Shown: piece after piece, positions 13,428 through 26,896 of the stretch
Layout of the letters: every line of letters starts with the position of its first letter
How positions within the stretch are numbered: position 1 is the stretch's first letter
Assembly (NCBI GenBank): GCA_036172245.1
Contig: JAYWIR010000082.1
Location: 124,001 to 188,000, forward strand
Length of the DNA: 64,000 nt
Direction: 5' to 3'
Source: Raillietiella orientalis
Lineage: Eukaryota
Translations under genes and position numbers: made by a program
The notes under the pieces: generated by a model
What the model saw: only the letters and a program-made list of their open reading frames with translations
The model's database searches: none
What the model was told of the DNA's origin: nothing

Positions 13428-16400
13428 TGACGGACTTGAGCAACTTATCGAATCTGACGTAATGTCCGTTTAGAAAACAGCCTATGGGTCCAGAATGGAC
13501 GGGTCAAAGTTTCATTCCAAGTTGACTGGGTAATTAGGTTACCTGTTGACGTCGGTATTGAAAGTCTCAACAAAATAGCAATAAGTGGATAAAAGTTGTA
13601 TCCACAATTTTTCTGAAAAATAATTTCTCCTCTCGCGCTTTTGCATTCAAAAAAAGCATTTGAAATTCTTGCTCTTTTTAAAAAAGAAAAAAATGAAAAA
13701 TGAGTTCACGGGTTTTGGTATTTAGTCTTTGGTCTCAAAGTATTTTTTCAAAATCAGTAATTAAAAACACTGTTTTTTTTGGTTATTATTCGTTTTGCAT
13801 AGTTATAAATATTTATTTTCAGTTGGAAAGTGTATCACTGCATATCTGTAACATGGTACCTAGTCAGTTAGCAAAGTCTCTCAGAGTGCTGTAGGCTGCT
13901 CATCTTTCTGTAGCTTAATCTGTTCATTTTCCCTTATAAACGAATTGGCTTTCGTGTTTTCTTAAGACGAGTTTTGCTTTTATCAGTTGCATAATTACTT
14001 GAGGAATCAAACATATATTATTTCATTATCAATAATTTCTTAAGAATCCTTTACTATACAAACACTTGGATTTTTTAAAAATTTATGCAGTGATGTTTTC
14101 ACCTTGATGGTTTTCAGATCCCAAGTTCATCTTCCAATAATTTAAGCTAATTAAAGGCTGATCTTTCAGCTCTAATGCATGGTTTCCTATCAAAGTTGAA
14201 ACCCGTTTCATTCTGAATAAGTCCAATGTACTTAGCTGCCAGCCAACCACTGTCGAAATGAAATATTTTCTTTATTGCTGCTGATAGAAAAATGAATGAT
14301 ACAAACAGGATGCTCTTTGTTCCTTGAGGCATTTAATCAACCTTTAGGATAATGCATTTCAAAATTTGCTGCAGTGTGCGAATCCTGAATAAGTCTATTA
14401 AAATTATCTGGAGAAATACGATGCAAGTCTCGCTTTCACTCGAGGAATTTTCAAAAATTCCTATCAATTCGAATCCTCTCTTGGTTTCTTCTATGCTCTT
14501 TTTCTATGCCTTCGAATTTGTTTGGTTTCTGCTCTGTATGTTATTCTGCTATAAACTGATTTCATTAATTAATCATTTTGAACAAAAAAAAATTATGATA
14601 GTCATTGAAATGATCACTCGAAAGAAATTCGGAAAGCCTGATTTTAATGAAACCTGAGAGTTTTCAATCCACAAGTGAAACGTGTTTAACCTCGGAAAAC
14701 TCAGACTTCATAGTTTTACAAGAAAACATTCCTCTATTTAAGTTTATTTTCTCAAGTTAAATTCTGGTTATCTTTTTGGTGGTAGCCTTTTTACTCTGAT
14801 TTTCACGTTGGCCATTTTGTGAGTCCTCTCAAAGAAAAAGCTGAAGTCAATTATTTATTTATTTGCAAATTATAATTGAAATTCCAGAAATTCTTTCAAG
14901 AATGCAATCACAAAGTTATGGCAATCACGAGTGAAAACGGATTCAGTGATCAGTAATTACAAACACCACCTCCATCACCTATATCTGGTATTGTAGTCTG
15001 TAACTATTTCTTATCACTCTGAAATCAGAAGCTAATTTTCCATTTATTCCTTCACAATCTTGAGAAGTAAGTCTTATCAATGAATGACTGATAAGTTCTA
15101 TCTTATGATCAATACTGAGCATTTCGAGGATCCTTGAGGATCCTCCGCCGCTCTCTCCTGGCGTTGTAGATGCTCTTGTGTGATGTTTTCTTCACTGCAT
15201 TTCCACAACCAAATTCAATGCAGGTTTGCAAATGCTTCGCAAACGAGTAAGATTTCTTGATCAGCTTGGTCTCTGGATCTTCAATTTATCCGTTATTTCG
15301 ACGGTTTCCAAAGGAATCTGAAAAAATAAAAACAGACATAGAAAAAAAATGAACAGAAAAGTAGATGACCAAGCAAACCCATGCAAACCAAGAATGGTCA
15401 TACACATTTTATAGCATCACCTTCATTTCCAGAAGAAAACTGTCTCTCGAAAATTGAACTGCCTTTCGGAAAAGGTATAAGCTTCGTTGTGTAGTTTTGT
15501 TTTCAATAGAAAGCAGTTCACTTCTGCGAGAAAGATTGCTTTGCCTTGGATGTTTGATGACTGCTTGCTTTTGACTGTGCTATCGTAACTCCTAGTGCTT
15601 TCCTTTGCTCCTGGTCACTACGTGACGAGTGCCTGCCACTTTGGACCCAACTTTTTCCAGTGATCTTAATTCCATTATAAATTTTCCTCATAAATAAACT
15701 GTTGAGAGTTTGCCTTTGAATACTGCCAAAGCCTTTATAGGAGAATATGTCTTTTTGAATATGAAAGCAGCTCACGGTTAAAGTTTTGAAAATCGATCGA
15801 TCACAATGAGATCATGCCCTACCAGAAATCATGGTTCCCGATGATTTGGGATTATATTTGTAAACTGCACCTTCAGACAATCAATTTTTATAAAGTATGT
15901 TTAAGAAGCAAAGTTTTGCGAATCGTAATTATTTCTAGAAAATTATATGCCCATTGTGTAGAATTTGTGCTCAGTATGATTCAACGCAATCGTGGAAGTA
16001 CATTAGTTGAATCGTAGATGAAGAACTTGAGTGAATAAGCCAGCTTGAGAGTGAGAGTGTTTCAGATGAAGGTGCTTCGTGGAACATTCATCGTACTAAT
16101 GGCATGCTTACTTTGCTTAGTGAGTCTCCGTGTCAAGCTCTTGCTCTTTGACAGTTTTTTCGGATGTCAACTTGCGCCACTCTTGAAAAGATGAGATCAG
16201 TGTACGAGTTTCATGGTACAGTTGTCAATGAATAAATGTCTCCCTCGACATACGTTTGGCCTAATAAGTTCTACGAATTTTGCAAGAAACAATAGCATTT
16301 CCCTAGGACCCAGTCCCAGTTAGGTTGTGCGTAAACCAATCGTCTCCCGTAGCAAACTGTGGTGGAAATTAAATGATCGTTGTTTTTTAAGCCCCATTTA

Positions 16401-16794
16401 ATAAACCCTTCTCGGTTCTAAGTAAATTGTGCAATTCTGCAATACAGTTGCAAGCGAAGTTTTTAGAAAACAAAGAATGTGACATTAACATCTCAAAGGT
16501 CAAATTTGATAACACTTATTCAAATAAGATGCAGGATTGTCACTTGAAGATGGCAAACTAGAAAACAGACCTTAGAGGAAAGATTGCTTAGCATCTTTTT
16601 GTTATGTTAAGGATGTTCATGTTAACGTTTTGGACACGCAGGCATGTGAATGTGAACATGCACAATAGGTGGATACATGGCAGATGATGGTAAATATTCA
16701 TGTATGCTATGATTTAATTGTGATATAATGTATTCAGATAACAACAGAACGTTTTTCTACGCTTGGTTACGTGAAAGATGAATTTTCCTGATAA

Positions 16795-19700
16795 ATGCAT
16801 GAAATGAGTAGATTTGCAGATTATTTTGTGTTGTGTGGGCTGAATGCAAGTGAAGGATTGGAACCCCTCAACACAGAAGATAAATCAAGTGAGACTTTTT
16901 TTTTGGAAAAAACATTTCAGATTTCAATAAATACAAACATCGTTTCAATAAATGCAAACATCTTAAGTGGTTTCTTAGTTTATTTAATATAATGTTTTTA
17001 TTTACTTGAAAAATAGAGTCTGTAAATTATGATTTATCGTTATCATATGTTTATGTAATGTCTAAACCAGGTAGAAGACCATGCATTTAGCATTTAGCGA
17101 TGAAACCATATTTCAGACCAATTTTGATGTTCCTGCATCAGTATAAATTAGCATTTATGGATTAAGATTGATTTTAATCTTGGATTACTGTATGATTATC
17201 ATGTTGAACAAATATAATTGTCGTTTCATAAAAACAAAAATTTTACGAGAATGGTTTGAAAACAAAAGAAATGGGAATTTTTTCTGGTGTTTTCTTTATG
17301 CTTGAATGATGGAATGCAATGTCATGAAAAGACAGGTAACTTTCTAGGCAAATATGGGAAGCATATTCTTTTACTATCTACTTTTTTGTGATGATGATAA
17401 ATTTGCGCCTAAGCAAGTCCTTAAGGATGACATGGATGATATTGATGTTGCTGTTCTTTAAAATATCCCTTTTGTGGTTATTTATACTCTTCAACTTCAA
17501 CTAAAATTTGATTCAAACTTAGGTCATTCTTATAATTCATGTTGTGTAAATTGTTGAGTATTTCTTGAGTAATAATAGTGTTCACATTCATGTTAATCTT
17601 CGTTTTCCATATTTTAAAAGCCCCTTTCAGGGACATCTTGTCATTTTTTCAAATCCTTATTTTTCTTATCTGGCGTGTTTGTTCATTTGCTGTATATTTG
17701 GAATGATAGTACAGCTTTGCATTGGTCATTAGTTTGACTATATTAATTCATGTTTCATATTGACTTCATCTTCGTAATTATAATGTTGGTTTTATTATTT
17801 TCAGATCCTTCATGCATTTAGATTCAGACAATTTATTTTTGGTTTACCATAAAATTTGCACTCAGAAAAACGTTTTTGCCCATCTTGAGTGTTTTCTGAC
17901 TATCAGGTTTCATTTACAAGACATTTTGTTTCCTGTTTGCATTACTTTTTTTTTTGTTTCGTGTTTTCAGTTTTCATTCCTCTCCTTCAAGTTCTTTTAT
18001 GTATTAAATTTATTTTTTTACTCACCAGTATTTTATAACCAATTGGCAAAAAACTAACAAACATTATAACAAAAACTGGGATGAGTTTAAAACATAGTGG
18101 AGTAGACAGACTAGTTGGAGAAACTTTTTATTCTAGGATCGTGATCTTGTATTTTCAGGATTTGTTTTAAATAAACTCATTTTTAAAATATTTTGGTAGC
18201 TGTTTTTTGAGAAAAAAGATTATTATTTTATGTACATGACCTCAATTGCCTATATACACTTGACTTCTGACTTCATCAGAATTAACATATGCATTATGTA
18301 ACATTTCTTGTTCCCCAAACAGCTGGTGTTTTCATTTTGGATGTCTATACAATTCATCAGGTAGGATCAAAATATGTAGCATAAAATTATTTCCATGTGA
18401 CAAAAGTTAAATCATTTCACAAAGTTAGACAATCATTTATCCGAGCTATATCATTTGTATTGCCAAAATTACTATGAAAGTCTGTGATGAACAGTATTCT
18501 GATGTCAGTTATACATGTGTTTTGAAGTGCTGGAATGTTATTTGTAAAACTGTATTCCTTGTTATGATAATCTTGTACGAAAATCCAGATCTCATTTTGT
18601 TAACTCTTGTCTTTTTCATTGGGAAAGTATTTGGTCATAAAAAGTTCAATGTTTCAACAGTGATTTCATTTGTTAAAGGCCAGCTTTGAGTTTAGCGAAA
18701 ATTGACAGAAATTTCTGCATTGCTGTTTGTTAAAAAGGTTGAGTAGTTGCTAGCTGTTTTAAAATTTTTGAATTTAACTCATTCCTCTCTGACATTTTTA
18801 AGTACCATGAATAATTATAATTGATTGTACTTTTACTTGGTGTTACACATCATACATGTTATTTAACTTTGGAGACTTTCAAGACAGAGTTCCTCTTATT
18901 TCAAATATTTCATCTGGTTGTAGATACATTTGCTAAAACGCATGGTTCACGTAAGACGTAATTTTTCATACATACATTAACATTGGGATACTTTTCTTTT
19001 TTCCCATTTTTCAAGAATAATGGAGTGCAAAGAATTATCGATAATTTAAATCAAACTACAATTTAAATCGCGAGTTCATTGATGACCATTAAATAATGAT
19101 TGTGTTTAAGTGTGATTATTTAAAATTCAGTATAGTTCAATGAATTTGCTTATTTCATGAAAAGAAAGTGATTCGCATCACATTTATCAAATCCTATTTG
19201 TTGTGTGCTTTTAATTATAAATTTTCTAAATTAAAAAAACATTGTTTCAAAAGAAGTTCCAATTCGAACTTTTAGCATCGCATCTTTCTCCATTGGAAAG
19301 AGGATATAAAAGCAAAGTACTAGGCCATTGTCCTCAAGCAGTACCCAATCATCACTTTGATGCTAAAGCAGTAGCTGTTGTAAGTCATATTTTTAAAATT
19401 CTATTGCATTATTCATATTACAAATTGCAGCTCTGCTTTCCTAAAGGTCTAGAATTTCGCACTCAAAGACAGCCTTTGCATTCTTATTTTCATTCTTTTA
19501 TAGTCACTAAAGAAAATGGAAAAAGATATCATGGCTATGTGCTAACATTTTTTGAGCATGTCTCTAATCGTCACATTTGTTGTGCTATGCAAACCTTACA
19601 GGTATGTGTCTTAAAGTACACTAATCAAGTCATGATATTATTTTCTTGTAGGATATATCGTATTCAAGCAATAGCTCCATTGAACCCAGTTATTTGAATC

Positions 19701-22700
19701 GTATTCTCAAAGATTCCAAGCAGCGCTTTGATTCTTTCCGTGGTACTGGATCTCTCCCCAAAGGTTTTTCTTTAAAGATGCAGCAAACTACGGAAGAAAA
19801 ATATTTTGATGCATCTGTAGATCGCTTATTTGTCACTAAGTGTATAGCCTTAATTTGTGAGTTCCCATTTCGTCATGCTGCCAGACACTTCTTGCTTGGT
19901 TTGCTGCAGTGAGTATGCTAGCTTACATGATTTTGCCAGTCTTTCAACTTAAATCACTTCATTAATTTTTGCTTTACATGTTTTGGGGATTATATGAGCT
20001 TGCAGTGGTGTCTTAATTTGTAATACTTTGGTTTTCATACTTTTTTTTCAAGATACTTCAAATGATCTCACAGCATTCAGAACATGTGCTTAGTGCATGC
20101 TTAAATTGTAAATGTATTGTCTGCACGCCACTAATGAGCACTGTGACTAGTGACTGCTACTGAAGAATGACAGAGTTCTTTTATAATGCATCAAAAACAA
20201 CAGAGTAGAAAATTGTAAAGTATACATCCAATAAATGCATGTGAGCTTCGTAGGATGCTTTATTGCGAACTGTATTGCATAAATTTAGGTACATTATGAA
20301 AACTTTATGAAGAGTGAAGCTGTGCTTATCATTTTGAACTACTTCAAAAGGAGAGCTAATTCCATGTAGATGTTTTTTGACTGTTTTAAAGTATAGGTGA
20401 TGACCCTGTGTTAACATAAACAGTATGCTGTGGCTTTGAAGCATTGAAAATATCCAATCCTACCAAGATGTGTGTTAAATCATTATATGAATATTGAATA
20501 TTAAATAATTGTGTTTAATTTCATTTGACTGCATTATGTAGTAGTGATAGAATTAGAAGTTTGAACTTCTGCAAAGTTGTTTTTTGTGTTCTCGTTTAGG
20601 CGTTCTTCCGTTTTTTTATTAACATGGAAATCAGCTGTTTAAAAATTTTTTTTATTTTGTATGCGATTATTCTAGTATGCATACTTTTTTTTAGGAGTAG
20701 CAGAAAAGGTGATTTATCACAAAAATGTACCTAACTTTCTTTAGTTGAATACTTGTTTTACTCAGAAATTAGGCATTTAATTTTGCAATAATAATGTATA
20801 TCATTATTATTGTTATCTTTCAGCCATTATCAAAGTGCTGGAGATACACCAATTGAAAATTACGTGACTCACATTCTTTTTGATGTTACTTTACCTGCTG
20901 AAGGTCAAAGTGTTGCAGCAAATTGGTTTGGAAAAAAAGTAATTTTACAGTTGCCATCTTTGGACAAAGAACTCCCTTTATGTGAATATTCTATGAAATA
21001 CATGTTTCATTTACTGGGAGTTGATAAAGTAATTCAGCTATACACTTGTATGCTGTTGGAATGCCAAGTTCTTCTCTTCTCTGAAGGTGAAAGTACATTA
21101 AAGATGGCAAATGTTCATTTATTGTTATTTTTAAAGATTTGGAACAGCTTCTATTAATTGCTGAATCATTGACAACTCTTTTATATCCATTCACTTGGCA
21201 GCATGTATATGTTCCTATTGTTCCCACTACATTACCTCATTTATTAGATGCTCCTTTACCATACATAATGGGTGTTTGCATGAAGCATCTTCTTCCCAAG
21301 GATCTTGCAAAATGCACAGAGGTAGGGAATTTTCTGTATAATGGAAATAGAGTCAACAAGGATATGTGTTGTGTAACCATCTATTAAAAAACTGTTGACA
21401 GTGAAAGTTAATGCATGTTCTAAATGCTTATGCACATGATAACAATAGTTTGTGAGTTTCTCTTTACTCACCTTCCAAGTCATTTTGTTAGCTCTTTGCA
21501 TGCTAACAGTTTATTTGCTCTGATTATAGCAACTTATGAATGTACTTTTTAAGGTTTCTCATTTAGTTTTTGATATTATTTTCAAGGTGTTGCTTGTCCC
21601 GGTGTTTTTATTTTCAAAATTTATATTGTACATTATTTTGTGAATGTTGAATCCTGAGTGGAAAGTTAAAAATTTTGTTAAGAGTTCATATGTTATGCCA
21701 GCTTATTAATCATTTGTACTGTTTTTGTAAAAACAAAATTCTTTTTCTATCTTATAATACATTGCTTTTAAAGTCCAGAAACTCCTTTGAAAATTTTGCT
21801 ATGTCATGTTCATTGCCCAGGCTTTGCAGTGAGTTTGTCAAATTTCCAATTTCTTTATCGATTATCAAAGTATGTCAGTAATTTTATGTAATAAAATTAT
21901 ATAAATGACTGTGTCATAACCAAAGATTTTGACATTATTTTAGGAGTGAGATGAGAAATTTCCAGTTTTTTAGAATACAACCTTGTGATTGTCTTTTATA
22001 TGTTCCATTTAATATTGAGTTACTTATTTTATGATGCCTGTTTTCCACTGGGCGCTGTTGCAGAATCGGACTTTTGTTTCATGCTGGTGCTCTCAAGTGG
22101 CATTATCTACGTCTATTCTAGAGTTTTGAAACTGTTTTCTGGTTAGACTGATTTAGCTGTTTAAGTTAAATCTTTTTGTATTTCATGCTTATACATTTAT
22201 CAAAATGTACATATGATATATTTGTCTATAGTACTAAAAAATTCCTCGATTTTCTGGTTGATAAGTAAGATTTATTGATTGATGGATGTAACGCTGACTA
22301 CTGTAACAAAATTTTAAAAATGCCCATGTATGATTTATGCAGGCAAACCTTTGTATTCTGGATATTGATCAGAATACTTTGTTATGTCCTGAAGATATAC
22401 CATCCTGTCCGTTTTTTGGTAATTTAAAACAAGAACTGAGCACACTCTTGGCTACATATGGAGTTATGGATATGTGAGTAATTCTTATTTATCTTTTAAA
22501 GTAAGGCATCTTTCACTTCAGTTAAGGATAATTCTGAATTTCATGCTATACTGATTGAAACCTTTATTGTAAATATATGCTTTCATTCTATCAAGAAATT
22601 CATGTTTAATTATTCATTTATTTGATGTCATGATCATTAATAATTCCTGATAATCCATGGCTTTTTCAAAGAAGTTTTTGAAACACAGCATCTTATTTGA

Positions 22701-25700
22701 TTTTATGAATGTGAATCTTCATAATTGATTAATTCAGAACGAATGTTCATTTTCTTTTTAATTTTCTGTAATTTTTGAGTAAACTAATATTTCTTTCATG
22801 GATAAGTTATAAAAAGAAAATACCCTCATGCCAGTTATAGAGGACAGTTGTGTTCTCGGATAACTAACTATCTGTTGCTTTGAAATGCATAGCTTCGCAT
22901 ATTTTAATTGAAAGCAGTGAGATTTAATTTGTTATTGTGAAGTGATTTTTATTATAGGCATGTTCATTTTTTGTAATATTAGGGGACACCAGAATAAACA
23001 GATACGTTGGAATTCTGACTGGGAACTTCATCAGAAAGGTATGCAAGTGTGGACTGTAGTATTTAATATTTATAATTAACTTTCATTTTATGTATTCTGT
23101 TTTTTTTAATTATTACTCTATGTATTTATACTAGTTAGTATTATTACACCAGTTAGTAATTTTTTGTCATTTTAATCATTATAACCCATTGAGAACTATT
23201 GACTGATTTCTTTTACTTTCCTTATCGTTCAATAATACTTCTGAAAACTGATACCTTAATTTTTTCAACTGTTGTGTAATTTTTGTTTTTCTGAAATATA
23301 GAATCCAAATGGCATTCTAACAAAAATTTCTTCCCATCTGATGATTCTTACAATGTACAGGATTATCTTCAAGAACAGCAACAAAACAGTCTAATTCGAG
23401 AATTATTTTTGCAGAATATGATTCGTGTGTTTTCCTTCTATGACAAATTTATCCTAAAAAAATCGCAGGTATTTCCTCGAATTATTAACAAAAATATTTA
23501 TATTTGTAGCCAGAAAAATAATGGGTGGATAGAGGATGATAGTTCATCATCTTGTCATTTTGATCGGGGAAATTTTCTTTCTCAACAGCCTTTAGAATGT
23601 CGTTCTTTCCTATCGCGATTTCTTGAAACGCAAATGTTTGTATCTTTTATTGATAGTAAGTCGGATTGCAATTCAACATCTTCCCTGTTTGATCGTCAGA
23701 TTCAAAAATTCAGGTAACTTTTCTTAATTGTTTCTGGCTTTTCATTTGCTCCTGTAGGTTGACTAAAAGAGACCTGAAGGATCATCATTCTTTAATTGAT
23801 GATGAAACAATTGCAGACTTACAAGGCACTATAGAATCACGCATTTACCACCCTGTTCGCAGTGTTCCAGTTGTGGTACCATCATTCCAGAAGACAATCA
23901 GAAATCCAACAAAAGGATTTCCATTGTTAGATTTGAAAACCTTGGAAAGAAAAATGAGCATGCGTTCACGATACCAAAAGCTGAATGATTCTTTTATACT
24001 GAAAAATAAAAACACAAGAACAGCTACCAGTTGTTCTGACACCTTGCAGTCCCTCACAGATTCAAATTTAATAATAACAAATGGGCACTTCGTTGAACAG
24101 TTAATAAAGGTATATTGAAAAACATCAGTATCCAATGATTATATTATGATGTAGGAATGTAAAACACGAACGAAACGATTACTTGTGCATAAACTGGGAT
24201 CCGAGGCTTTAGAAGTTGGTCTCGATGACAGTGTTTTAGGAATGGAAGAAAATGCTTTGATTTCTGCTCTATGTGATCTTCTTGAGCGTATCTGGAGTCA
24301 TGGAACTTTTAAAAAGGTTCAGAAGTGTTTTGGATTAAATGTCTAATATTTTTTAAGGAGAAGTCATCTCTTTGGTCACATTTATTAGTCTACCAAGATC
24401 AAGAGGAAAATTGTTACATACCTGCCACATTTGACACAAGTTTAGAAGCTCCCGGTAAGTATTTTAAGTGCTTTTTACCAGATGCTGAATTTTTCTTTAA
24501 TAGCACTTTCATGGTGCATTCTACACAAGAGGATGAATTGTGAGTTTTTTGCATCAATTTTATTTCGCATCATAAAAGTTATTAATGATTGATTATTGAA
24601 GTTGGTGTTTTTATTCATAGATAATAATGTAAGCAAAAGTAGCAGAGCAAGTTCGTTGGATCGAAGTAAAGCATCTGGTAAAAACAAGTATTTAGAACAA
24701 GAAGTTGGTTTGAAACCCTTACCTGAGTCTATTTCATATGATATGAGGTAAACATAAAGTATAGCTGTATTCTAACATATTCTTTTGATTCAGGAGTGTG
24801 CAAGCAATGGATGAATTGCATTCTTCAAGAAGTTATGTACGTGCTTGGATTCGCTTATCATTGGAAAAAGGCCTTCTCTCAAAGCACTTACAGACCCTGT
24901 TATCAGATGACAAACTTCTCAAGTCAGTTTAACAGTTTGCATTTCCAATTTGTATTGATGATTTAGAAGTCGATATCGTACTTATGCGTTTTTATATTCT
25001 GAAGAAGCACGAGATCAACTGATATGTCAGATTGTGTCATTGGATGCAGTCGAATTTTTTTGTTTCACCAATTTCTACATTCATACAGGTGGGTTTTTCG
25101 AATTAAAAGGCTCAGTTAGATTATTTAGAAATGAATTGACATTCAGTACATATAAATGTGACGTAAATTTATATCAGGCTGGAAATAGCCTGTCTTATTA
25201 TAAATTTTTGTTTGTGATTCGATAATTAATCACAAACAATAATTAAATTAAGCACTTTCAATAATTGAAGTGCAAACCGGTAATCTTAGCCTATTATTAT
25301 ATCCTTTGTTGTAACTGGTTTGTTTGTAAATGGGAAACATGAGTATGTGAAGTGCAGGTAAACAGTCAAGATAATAAATCAAATAATTAATCAAAGTGCA
25401 GTGACTGGTTCTCATGCAGTTTTGCATGCATGATTACAAGGTATATTAGGGAAGTGACTTCATTGTAGCACTCCAAAACAATACAACAACGTTTGTTGTA
25501 TGTCTTTAAAAAAAAAATTGTCACATGGTTAATAGTACTGAAGATGTAAATTGATATCCCCTCAAACTGGGTGCAAAATACTCTTCAGATTCTCAAAATC
25601 AGAATTTTCTATTTTGTATTTAAATTCAGGCAATTCGAAAGTGTTTTTCTCTTTGTATAAAAAAAAATAATTCATTACTAAGTTGAATGCTTCTCATTAG

Positions 25701-26893
25701 GCGCTGTTTTTCGCTTTAAAATTGGTAAATAAATAATTTCTTTTTGCATAGAGATGCTCTATCAGGTGCGCATCATTCTTTCCAAAAACATGACTGGCTT
25801 TAAACCTTCAGCTTCCTTATGGATCAGTATCTCAGGAACCGCAGGTGAAACCAAGCAGATGATTTTTGCTAAGGGTTCACTCAGATTGGTTTTTCAACAT
25901 CGTAACTTGGGAGTGCTCACAGTTCTACGTATTGGTCACGACAATGCTGGCATGAATCCCAACTGTCTAGTAGATCATGTTCTAGTGCGGAATGAGATCA
26001 CTAGACATACATATAAGTATGGTTGTTATCCCTTTTTGGTTAACTGTTGGTGAGAGGTTTGCATGTGGACGATGGTTAGGCCGAAGTGTAGACGACAGTT
26101 CCATAGAAAGATTGTTAGTAGGCCAGCTTATGCCATTACGAACAAACAAACATGTTTCTTCATCTCACAATAGCCCATCTGCTAATTCAACTGGCAAGGA
26201 GACCATAGCTGATATGCAGAAAGCAATTGGTAAATGCCACTTTCAGAGCTCACATTTTAGTCATTTAGGTGATGCTACAAATGACCTTCTCAAATATTTG
26301 CATCAAGTAAGAAGAACTCAGGGAAGTGTTACACAGTTTTTATGTGGACGAAAGGGACTTGTTCCATGTCTTGAAAAAGCACTTCTTTGGGGATACAAAT
26401 CTTCATGGATGTTCAGCAGGAATCTTTATCTGTGGGATTTTCTGTGTGAGTTTGCACTGTGGGACTGATAGCACCATGTAGAAGTGCAGATGAATTGCAG
26501 GGTTATTACTTGCAACAGCTCCATGCTAGGAGGAAATCTGGGTTGCCATATGACCCAGATTATCAACAAATGCATGATTTTTGCTTGACTGTCGAAAAAG
26601 TGAATAAGACCAGTCACACCTTGGGAAAAGATGATCGTTTCCAATTATTTACTTGTTTGGCTCTGATGTAGGTGTAGGTTTATTATTAGAAGTATTTAAA
26701 GTTTTGTAGAGTCAAGAAGCTATCTGAATTCATACGTTTGATGGCATTGTGTCCCTTAACAGCAGACAGATATGAAGAAACATCATTTCTTCGCAATCCA
26801 GCTCTTGTCAACTATCTTGTAGTTACTTTGGACACTATCAAAGAATTCAATATAACCACAGAAAATACTGTGACCAGAGGTTTGCTTAATTAA
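16795..26893 (+). CDS. DENND5: DENN domain-containing protein 5 (Rab6IP1 family; uDENN-cDENN-dDENN, RUN, PLAT, RUN), ~1209 aa
   Basis: Family motifs: [131 protein letters not shown]. Phase-consistent exons: 16795-16888, 19276-19379, 19431-19601, 19652-19908, 20824-21086, 21137-21321, 22343-22473, 22983-23038, 23302-23468, 23514-23713, 23758-24109, 24155-24316, 24358-24454, 24504-24539, 24621-24747, 24794-24922, 24967-25088, 25752-26016, 26057-26229, 26269-26445, 26490-26667 (junction ambiguous; alternative 26443/26482), 26710-26893 (TAA). Confidence 0.96.
26679..26684 (-). promoter_or_regulatory. Candidate polyadenylation signal (AATAAA) of TFIP11
   Basis: First minus-strand AATAAA after the TFIP11 stop (~210 nt downstream). 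It lies inside the last 42-nt intron of DENND5. Confidence 0.5.
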
Positions 26894-26896
26894 CTA

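Noticed and set aside
15107..15285. Minus-strand frame ..KHLQTCIEFGCGNAVKK..RRERRRILKDPR, faintly like the tail of an AN1 zinc finger
   Set aside because: In-frame stop between the nearest splice acceptor and the motif; most metal ligands are missing.
19033..19046. 14-bp palindrome containing DRE-like TATCGATA
   Set aside because: Intronic, in AT-rich DNA, with no evidence of a promoter; may be chance.
24455..24481. 27-nt in-frame intron in DENND5
   Set aside because: The 49-nt intron to 24503 gives a phase-consistent micro-exon and fits the size mode. The 27-nt option does not join the next exon in phase at the 24540 donor.
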